Source: Amphiscolops sp. MND2022
Lineage: Eukaryota
DNA length: 64,000 bases
Assembly: GCA_964187785.1 (NCBI GenBank)
Contig: OZ076409.1
Location: 71,426,001-71,490,000 of the forward strand
Reading direction: 5' to 3'
In this document: one piece after another, positions 54,591 to 64,000 of the stretch
How positions within the stretch are numbered: the first letter of the stretch is position 1
Layout: every line of letters begins with the position of its first letter
Position numbers and translations under genes: made by a program
Notes under the pieces: generated by a model
Databases searched by the model: none
Seen by the model: the letters and a program-made list of their open reading frames with translations, nothing else
Told to the model about the DNA's origin: nothing

Positions 54591-56961
54591 CTAGGTGGTC
54601 GGGGTTGTTTCCCAGCCAATTTTGCCGCGCGGGGAGGGACCCGTTCAGCGGCCCAGGTCATTATTTTTTTACATTAAAAAAAACGATACCCCGGAAAGCG
54701 ATTTCGAAACCCACCCGTAGGATCCCTCTGAATTTTTGCATACACCTCCGTATAACAGTTCTAAGAAAAAGTCAGCAAGGGCGTTTTCAGTTCTAAACGG
54801 GGAATGTTGACCAAAAAGCGCAATTTATGTCCAAAAAAATGCAATTTTTCGACTTTTTTATTTTTGACGGCCAACAGCTCTTTTCCAGATGCCCGCCCAA
54901 GTCATAAACCGGAGTAAACTTTTGTTGGGCACTTCGTGAGGAATCTTTAGGGTGATTTTCGTTTCAATCCTATTTCCTGACGTTGACTTATGGTTGGGTG
55001 AAAAAACGCAACATTTGTTACAAAAAGTGCTTTTGGTACTCAAGGGCCCATAACTCGTGACATAGTCCTTTGAGCAAGTTCGTGTATACTTACAATTTTG
55101 TTGCCTATCTATAGGAGAACAAACAAGCAAAAACAAAATTTTCTGTGGGAAATCGTCAAAAAAAGATATCACAGGTTTTGTACTCAATAAAACAGTGTTT
55201 TTCGGTTATCGTGGAAAAAATGTAAAATGGTGGCATTTTTCGGCTGTTTAAGGTAGCGGGTATTTTATTGCAGTTAATAACTCACCTCTAGTAGTCATTC
55301 ACTTGGATGATTTTCAATTTTGATAAATTGCATGATAAATATCATTTTTTGCGTCACCAATATTGACACCCACTATTTCAGTCAAATTTTTCGCGTTCAC
55401 GTTTTTCAAGGGATATAACTTTTTTCCAGTGTGTTTTACGGTTCTCACACAGGAGCACAAAATTGTTGCCCGTCTTAAGCGGAAGGCATATAGTAAGTTT
55501 GAAGTTGTTTGAAGCGTTTTTGAAATGTCCAGAGATGCACATTTGACAGTTTTTTTGCCCACGAAACACTATTTTTCAAAACCAAACAGTTTTCGCCAAA
55601 AAAGTCAAACTTCGACCACACAACTTAGATTGCAAGTGGATGCATGCGGAGAGTACTTGAAATGATGAGAAAAATGAGCTATAGAACGCTCTTTTACGAC
55701 AACCTGACGTGGACTTAATATAATTTGAAAAATTACGAAAAAAAAAGAACAACGGTTCCAAAACAATCATTTTGTAGTAAATGGCCAATAACTCCATACA
55801 CAACCCTCCGCGCAAGCTAGTGTCGAAGTACGTTTTTGTTACCCGTAAACAGTGCAACAAATAAGTAAAAGTAAAACTTTATGTAGATAATCGTCGGAGA
55901 TAGAAATAACGGGATTTTATATCACATTTAAGAGACAAAATTGAAAAATTAGTCTATTCCTGGCATTTTACCTAAACTTTTTCGACAGTACACATACAGG
56001 AGGTAAAATTGGCTTAAAATCATGCCTAACAAAACTATTTGATCCATTGGCCGCAATTTGAGCGTTCCACCTTTCCCCAGTCATAAATTATGGGACTTCG
56101 AAAATTTCCAAAATTTCCATTTTTCAACAAAATTCCAAATTCAGGCCTCCCAAAGGTGAGAAAGTTCCACACAACTAGGATTGCAAGTGGTTGCATGTGG
56201 AAAGTACTCGAACCGACGAGAAAAATGGGCTTTAGAACGTCTCTCTATCGTAACCTGACGTTGACTTATGATGTTTTGAATGTGAGACTGCTACGTGGTC
56301 GAGAAGTGTAAGTGGAACATATGTCTCGTCGAAAACTCATCGGAATACATTCAATGAACCCCAATCACCCTCAATTGCAGTTTCCTAGTGCAACAACGTC
56401 TGTCAAGGACCTTTTTTGATAAGAGTCGAAATTATTATTAAATTCAGTTAGCAAGAAACACTTGAGTACATTCTCATCTCTCCCCATCGGGGGAGATGAG
56501 AATGTACTTGCTAAAACGGTCTTTTTGTTCCCATGACAGGCGTTCTGTGCATTGGCACATAAATAACTTTGTTTCGTCTGACTTTTCGGATAAACGTTGA
56601 CTTCTCATTAAATTTCCCGTCATTACTTTACGTAACATAAACTTTCTACCATTCACCTTCAACTTCAAAGCCACATAAATTTAGACTCCTATCGTCGAAA
56701 AACATACCGCGGCATTTTTTTCGACGACGTATGCCGAAAAACAAACGCAAACAAAAGTGCTGAGATTCAAAAACAGTGACAAACATTTTGACTATTTGAC
56801 ATATGGTATAATTTTATATGGAACTTACACATCAATAATATTTAACAACAATCCAGCTGACGCACACATACCAACATCAACGCCCACCGTCTGTAGGCAT
56901 GCCGAGGCATGCCTTTCGACGACGTATGCCTAATCCACTCCCCGACGTCCCCACTCCGCCC
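54591..56961 (+). mobile_element. Cassette U22 (2371 bp, 2.37-kb class)
   Basis: Similar to U21; type B hairpin 56464-56509; core hairpin at 56895. Confidence 0.6.
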
Positions 56962-59140
56962 CTAGGTGGATGGTATTTTATAACAATTAAAGTGTTTTTT
57001 TCCGGAGTTTGTGGCTTTGGAAAAAACAAAAGGCGAGAAATTGGGCACTCCAGGCTGAACCTAAAAACACCCTAAAATTCGCCCGATTTTTTTACGATCT
57101 CGAAACCCAACCGTACGATTTGGCTGAAAATTTGCATGTGGCTCCTAATCAATGAGTAATGAAAAAGTGTAGAAGTGACTTTTCCTGGGAAAATTGTTTT
57201 TGTTGCACTTTTTGCGCAATTTTTGACCCATTGTTGCGTTTTTTATGTCACTTTCGACTTTTCAGGCAAAAAACTCATAGATGCTTTGATCCTAGCGCAT
57301 CCAGTGTTTCGACCAAAAAGTTGCAACATGGTCTTTTACGTACGTTGTGAAAATTTGGTAGCCATCGTATCACCCCCCACTGAGTTAGAGGGGAACTTCC
57401 GGTGGATTTTAGCACCCTAAAAACAAGGACCTCCTAAACTTCAGCATGAAGCCGTAGTTTTAGCGTGCTCATAACCTGCTGAAGTTTTGTTGGGCATGTT
57501 GAGATAGTCATGATAGCATGTGTTTAGTTCACCCCCCATCACCCCCTGGACCGGAAATGAACTTTTTGTGCACTATCATTCCGGAAGTCTCCAGTTTCAC
57601 CGTTAAGCAGTCCTTGTACGAGCAACTACCAGGTCATCAAAATTGAAGTACCACCTGAGGTCAACGTAGTGACTACGTGTTGTCCAGTCATAGGTTCCTC
57701 TATGACCGGAAATGGGGTCAAAACCCCCTTTTTTGGTTGTTTTTTAACAATTTGACTAGTGTTTGGTCCACAATCAAGTCGCGTAAGTCCATTGAATCAG
57801 TGAGAGCAGAAATTGTATGTTCACTGCGTAGACATAACTGACTCTGACAGATACCGGAAGTAACCCCCCGTGACCGGAAGTTGTCATTTTTGACCGGAAA
57901 TGGTCCAAAATAAAGCGTAAAATCAGTTTTTCACTGCTTTTTAAAGTCAACTTATTACTTTTTCAATCTTCGCGAGCTTGTATTCAGATTCGTTTGTGTT
58001 ACCCGTGCACTTTGCAACGAATATACATCTGTAAAGTTTTCTCTATATTATAGTCTGATAGAGAAATAACGTGTTTTTGGGACTTTTTTCAAAATTATTA
58101 GACTATATCTGTCATTTTGACCCAACGTTATTCAACAGTACAACCACAGTGGTTAGTCTCTGCCCAAATATATGCCTAACAAAACTATTTGGCCCATTGG
58201 CCTCAGTTTGAGCGTTCCAGCTTTGCGTGTTCATTAGCTAAGGGACTTGAAAAATTTTCAAACTTTTTCAAAAAAAATTTTTTCTCATATTTTTGTCTCC
58301 CAGAGTGAAGAAACTTTCACACAACTAGGATTGCTACTGGATGCATGTGGCAAGCCCTATAATTGAAGGGAAAAATTCCGCTTAGAACGTCTCTTTATCG
58401 TAACTTGACGTTAACGTATGGTGCTTTGAATGAGAGCTTGATAAGAGGTCGAGAAGTCAAAGTGTGTGAATGGAACGTATGTCTCGTCGCAAACTCATCG
58501 GAATACATGCAATGAACCCCAATTGTCCTGAATTGCAGTTGCCTACTGCAACAACGTTTTTCTGGTACATTTTACTCTTTTTCATAAGTGTCAAAATTAG
58601 TTTTAAATTCAGTTAGCAAGAAACAATTGAGTACATTTTCATCTCTCCCCAGCGGGTGAGATGAGAATGTTCTTGCTAAATGCCAGGTACTACGGCCTCC
58701 TTTTGTTTTATTGCGATGCATTCTCTGCTTCAGCACATAGATATTTTATTTCGCTTGATTGTTTGTATACTCTCTGACTTGTTATTATAAATTTCTCGTC
58801 ATTACTTTACATAAATTTGCAACCATGAAACGGTATCGTCAACGCCACATACATTTAGACGCCACCATTCCGTAGGTATGTCGAGGCATACCTTTCGATT
58901 ACGTATGTCAAAACGCAAACGCGATAAAAAATGCTGAAAGTCTGAAACAGTGACAAACAATTTTGACTATTTGACATATGGTATGTTTTTATATGGAAGT
59001 TACGCATCACAGACATTTCACAACTTTCCAGCTGACGCCCACATACCAACATCAACGCCCACCGTCCGTGGGCATGCCGAGGCATGCCCTTCGACGACGT
59101 ATGCCAATTTCTATATATCTACACCCAATTGCGGTAGCAG
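56962..59140 (+). mobile_element. Cassette U23 (2179 bp, 2.19-kb class, mosaic)
   Basis: Head and 3' half resemble U19/U26, middle resembles U24; type B hairpin ~58629-58674; core hairpin at 59070. Confidence 0.6.
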
Positions 59141-60530
59141 CTAGGTGGTCGGGTATTTTTTTTTACTCGTAGATGGCGTTTGCGAGGCTTTGGGGAGGGC
59201 CCCGTGCCGAGCCTGTACCGAAATTTACCACATACCAGAAGTGTCCGATTTAATCGAGATCTCAAAAACTAACCGTTAGAATTCTCTGAAATTTTGCATG
59301 TGGCCCCTAATCAATGAGTAATGAAAAAGTGTAGGAGTGATGGTTGCTGAAAAACTTGTCTTTGTTGCACTTTTTGCGCAATTTTTGTCGCATTGTTGCG
59401 TTTTTTATGTCATTTTCCACTTTGGAGGCAAAAAAGTCATAGATGCTTTGCTCCTAGCGTATCAAGTGTGGAGCACGAAAAGTTGCAGCATCTTCAATTA
59501 CGTATGCTGAGAAAATTTGGTTGCCCTCGGATTACCCCCCACAGAGATAGAGGGGTGCATCCGGGTATTTTTGACCCCTAAATTTGGGAAATTGCTAATT
59601 TTCGTAATAAAGCCGTAGATTTAGCGCGTGCACACCCTGCTGAAGATTTGTTAGGCATTTTGAGATAGATCCGATGACATGCGTTGAGTTCACCCCCATC
59701 ACCCCCTTGACCGGAAATGAACGTTTTTGTGCACTTTCAGACCGGAAGTCTCCATTTTCACCGGTAAGGAGGCATTGTACGAGCAACTAGCAGGATATCA
59801 AAAGTGAAGTATAACCTGGGGTCAACTTAATGACCACGTGTTGTCCAGTCATGAGTTTCGCTATGACCGGAAATGGGCTTAAAACCCCCTTTTGGTAGTA
59901 TTTTCATCAATTTTCCTTGTGCTTGGTCTACATTCAAGTTGCGTAAGTCAGTTGAACCAGTGAGAGCATAAAATATATATTCACTGCGTAGTCGTAACTG
60001 ACACTGCCAGATACCGGAAGTAACCCCCTGTGACCGGAAGAGGTCAATTTTGACCGGAAATGGTCCAAAAAGTAGCGTAAATGCAGTTTTCAATGCTTTT
60101 TAAGGTCAAGTTATTAGTAATTTTCAATTTGAATGCTTTTTTCCACGCAAAAAGCTAACATCGTTGCATGTTTTGCTAAAGATCGGAAAAGTTATCACCA
60201 TTATCACCCCCGATAGCCTTTCAAGTTGACCTTTGGTCAATCTTGAAGGCTATCTGTTCTGAAAACGAAAAATAGTGGAATTTTGTTTCCTCCTTTCTCT
60301 TGATATTTTTCCTTCAAGTCAATTTGTCAAAAGAAAGACATTTGTTCAACTGAGTGATCTGAAACCTGTCCAGAGGTGTCACCCGGACGAATACCAATTC
60401 AAGCTGAAGTACACAAATCAGGGTAGTATTAGACATCACACACTCCTACCAACTCCCACCGTCTGTGGGCATGCCGAGGCATGCCCTTCGACGACGTATG
60501 CCAAATAGCGCTACAGGGCGCCCACATTTG
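59141..60530 (+). mobile_element. Cassette U24 (1390 bp, 1.39-kb class)
   Basis: Sequence diverged from U17/U20 but same length; type A hairpin 60212-60254; core hairpin at 60467. Confidence 0.6.
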
Positions 60531-61800
60531 CTAGGTGGCCGGGAACTTTTTTTCCTGCATTTTTCTGTCCAATTGGGGGAGGGGCCCCAAGTGGCTGTTA
60601 TCCGGTTTTACTACCTACCCTAAACACGCTCAAAAAATGACGATCTCGAAAACCACCCCTTAGATTTTCCTGAAACTTTGCATACAGGCCTAGAATCAAA
60701 TCCTGAGAACTATTTCCTACTGGCGTTTTTCCGAATTTTTTCAAAAAGTTGGTCAAAAATGCAACAAAAGTTGCCAATGGACATAAAAAACGCAACTTTT
60801 CGACTTTGAGGGCTCATAACTTTTTCCAGAGTGCCCGGAGCGGTTCGCACGTGGACAACAATATTGCTCAGCATTGTCGGATGAGTGCTTGGACAAATTT
60901 TGGTTTGAATCGGATGAAAATTGACTGAGAAATGAACGCAAATTTTTGTGCATTTGTTGCAAAAACCAGTTTATCTCTGCCATTTTCGCCCAAAATTTTT
61001 CCCAGAGCCTTTATAGGAGGCAACCCCTGCCCAATTTTCTGCCGAGCAAACCCATTTGGCCCTAAATACGGAGTTTCAGCATTCTAGGAATCCCGGGCGA
61101 AAAGTTGTGGGACTTAGAAAATTTTCAAAAAAACGCAAAAATTGTAAAAAGTAACTTCAGGCGCCCCAAAGTCACAGAACTTCCACACAACTAGTATTGC
61201 AAGTGAATGCATGTGGAAAGTACTTGGATAGACGAGAAAAATGAGCTATAGAACAACTCTGTAGCTTAATCTGACGTTGACTTATGACATTTTGAGTGTG
61301 AGCATCTTATAGGATTTTAATGTCAAAAATGCGATTTTGTAAGTCATGTCTCATCAAAAACTCATCGCAATACGTTCAATCATCCCCATAGCTGTTCAAT
61401 TACCGTGGCTTAGTAGAGCAACACCATTTAATGTCTTTGCACCCATTTTGAAAATTTTCGAAATCGTCTTATTCGTCCGATATCACGAAACAGTTGAGTA
61501 CATTCCATCTCCCCCTTGGGGGGAGATGAGAATGTACTCGCCAAAGACCTGATATAATGGCCCATATTGTTTTTTATTTAACCTTTCTCACAATATTGCA
61601 CACGGATAGCTGTGTTTGGTAAAAGTTTTCCTTTGCACCATGTCTCCAGAAGCAAAACCACTTCTTTAGCTTACTACTACCCAAACATCACTAACGTCAA
61701 CGCCACATACTCGCATCAACGCCCACCGTCTGTGGGCATGCCGAGGCATGCCCTTCGACGACGTATGCCAAATAGCGCCACAGGGCGCCCCCAATTTCTG
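60531..61800 (+). mobile_element. Cassette U25 (1270 bp, 1.27-kb class)
   Basis: 5' part differs from U16, central part related; type B hairpin 61496-61539; core hairpin at 61734. Confidence 0.6.
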
Positions 61801-63989
61801 CTAGGTGGAGGTTATTTTATAATAATTAAAGTGTTTTTTTCCGGAGTTTGTGGCTTTGGAAAAAACAAAAGGCGAGAAATTGGGCACTCCGGGCTGAACC
61901 GTATACACTCAAAATTCGCCCAATATTTATACGATCTCGAAACCCAGCCGTACGATTTGGCTGAAAATTTGCATGCGGCTAAAAAATCAGATTCTAAGAA
62001 CTATTTCCTGCTGACATTTTTTTGAAATTTTTGTGTACGTTTCCCCCCCGCCCCCTAAAGGGGTCAATTTTCCCCAATTTTGCACTTATGAGTCAATTTC
62101 TCAAAACTGGTGTATCTGAGCGTCTTCCCGGCGGGGACAACTTTTAACAAGCGCTCTTCAGTAGACCTTTTGGACTTTTTACTTTGGTAGTACGTTCACC
62201 CCCCAAGGAGGAAATGGCGTTTTTGTGACTTCCGGTGGAGACTTTTTTCACCCAAAAAATAGAAATAAGCCAGTTTTGAGCAGGAAGGAGTGGATTTAAA
62301 GTGTCTGTACCCTGCTAAAAATTTGTTGGGCTTGTAGCGATATATCTCATACCAAGTCTGGTTTTCACCCCCAAACCCCCCTTGAGACCAAAATTCACCC
62401 AAATTGTTTTACCTCTGTTTGTAGTTTTTTTGCAAAATGTCGTCATTTCCATGGGTAAGGCGTTGAATTAGGGACTCCTAATAGGGTACCAATGTTCAAG
62501 TACACTTGCAGTGCAACTGAGTGACCCTTTTGGGGCCTCTCCTGTGTTCGGCAAGGACCGGAAGTGGTGTAAACCCCCCTTTTTTGACGTTTGTTGATCT
62601 TGAGACTCGCGCTTAGATGACGTTTATGTCGCGCAAATCCTACAAACCAGTATTAGGATGACATGCTAGCCAACTAGAGAGCACTAAGGGAAACTATACT
62701 ATACCGGAAGTAACCCCCCGTGACCGGAAGTTGTCATTTTTGACCGGAAATGGTCCAAAACATAGCGTAAAAGCAGTTTTTCATTGCTTTTAAAGTCAAC
62801 TTATTACTTTTTTCACTCTGCGCGAGCGTGCCTTCAGGTTCGTTAGTGTTGCCCGTGCACACTGCAACAAATGTACATCTGTAAAATTTTCGCTATAATA
62901 TCGTCGGAGAGAGAAATAACGGGTTTTTGGGATTTTTTTCAAAAATATTAGTCTTTATCTGTCATTTTTACCCAACGTTATTGAACAGTAGAACCACAGG
63001 GGTTAGTCTCTGCCCGATTATATGCCTAACAAAAGCATTTGTCCCATTGGTTGCAGTTTGAGCGTTCTAGCTTTGCCTGGTCACAAGTTAGGAGACTTGA
63101 AAAACTTTCAAAAACATTTCCGAAATTTTTTTCTAAACGTCACGTCTCCCAAAGTTAAGAAACTTCCTCACAACTAGGACTGCAAGTGAATGCATGTGGT
63201 AAGGCCTATAAATGGAAAGAAAAACTCCGTTTAGATTGTCTCTTTATCGTAACGTGACGTTAAGAGATGTTACTTTGAATGTGAGTTTGATAATGCGTCG
63301 AGAAGTAAAAGTGTGTAAATGGAACCTTTGTCTCGATAAATACCCATCGCAATACATGCGATGAACCCCAATTACCCTCAGTTTCAGTTGCTTAGTACAT
63401 CAACGTCTTCCAAGGACCTTTTATCTACTTTGAAAAGTGTCGAAATCATTATTAATATCAGTTATCAAGAAACACTTGAGTACATTCTCATCTCTCCCCA
63501 TCGGGTGAGATGAGAATGTTTTTGCTAAAAGTCAGGTACTACGGCCCCCTTTTGTTTTAATACGATGCATTCTCTGCTTTAGCACACAAATATTTTATTT
63601 CGCCTGATTGTGTGTATACTCTCTGACTTGTTGTTATAAATCTCCCGTCATTACTTTACATAAATATACACAAAAAATCATTATTGTCAACGCCACATAC
63701 ATTTAGACGCCCACCATTCCGTAGGTATGTCGAGGCATACCTTTCGATTACGTATGTCAAAACGCAAACGAGATAAAACCTGCTGAAAGTCTGAAACAGT
63801 GACAAACAATTTTGACTATTTGACATATGGTAGGTTTTAATATGGGAGTTACACATCACTGGCATTTCCCATCATTCCAGCTGACGTCCACATACCAACA
63901 TCAACGCCCACCGTCCGTGGGCATGCCGAGGCATGCCTTTCGACGACGTATGCCAACTTCTGTATATCTACACTCAATTGCGGTAGCGG
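61801..63989 (+). mobile_element. Cassette U26 (2189 bp, 2.19-kb class)
   Basis: Body closely similar to U19 but with a different tail; type B hairpin ~63478-63523; core hairpin at 63919. Confidence 0.6.
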
Positions 63990-64000
63990 CTAGGTGGTCG

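Larger units (their letters stand above)
1..64000 (+). repeat. Head-to-tail array of 26 complete + 1 partial non-coding cassettes sharing a conserved terminal core and CTAGGTG(G) junction
   Basis: 27 copies of the core (R)GGCATGCCGAGGCATGCC(Y)TTCGACGACG, each followed by CTAGGTG 62-75 nt after the hairpin start. Junction starts: 1464, 6223, 9014, 10994, 12981, 17745, 19741, 21730, 23713, 25705, 27694, 29689, 34451, 36430, 41197, 43186, 44462, 45849, 48639, 50826, 52216, 54591, 56962, 59141, 60531, 61801, 63990. All are in the same orientation. Confidence 0.95.

Noticed and set aside
52483..55187. Duplicated 109-aa minus-strand ORFs in U21/U22
   Set aside because: They are short, have no recognisable motifs and lie in highly similar duplicated DNA. 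A dN/dS test or expression data would be needed to support them.
60423..60432. TAGTATTAG resembling the CRESS-virus nonamer TAGTATTAC
   Set aside because: It is a single imperfect occurrence, not in a stem-loop, and not conserved in other cassettes.
1361..63997. CRISPR array interpretation (palindromic repeat plus spacers)
   Set aside because: Intervals are 1.3-4.8 kb and mutually homologous, and no cas genes are present.
1..64000. Assembly artefact or collapsed simple satellite
   Set aside because: Copies differ by many substitutions and mosaic blocks yet follow consistent structural rules, so an artefact is unlikely. Exact cassette order should still be verified with long reads.

Overview
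The window is AT-rich, A/T-tract-rich and apparently non-coding, probably eukaryotic (inference). I find no credible protein, rRNA or tRNA genes. All 64 kb is a head-to-tail, same-orientation array of 26 complete cassettes plus one partial, each 1.27-4.77 kb. Every cassette ends in a near-invariant ~55-nt structured core (ACGCCCAC-NGTCYGT-GGGCATGCCGAGGCATGCCC-TTCGACGACGTATG), then a variable 28-41-nt tail, then a CTAGGTG(G) junction. Near-identical cassettes recur with different neighbours, and similarity breaks at that junction, so cassettes appear to be shuffled as discrete units. Lengths fall into seven tight classes (~1273, 1390, 1988, 2185, 2373, 2790, 4763 bp) even when sequence differs; six are close to multiples of ~198.6 bp. 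Each cassette carries exactly one of two ~45-nt internal hairpins (type A or B), always ~20-23% of the cassette length upstream of the junction. The hairpins show compensatory changes, and G.T pairs favour folding of the + strand. Working hypothesis (inference): an integron-like array of non-autonomous, size-constrained mobile or circularisable elements with a single-stranded intermediate, driven by an enzyme encoded outside this window. All coordinates and lengths were counted by eye.
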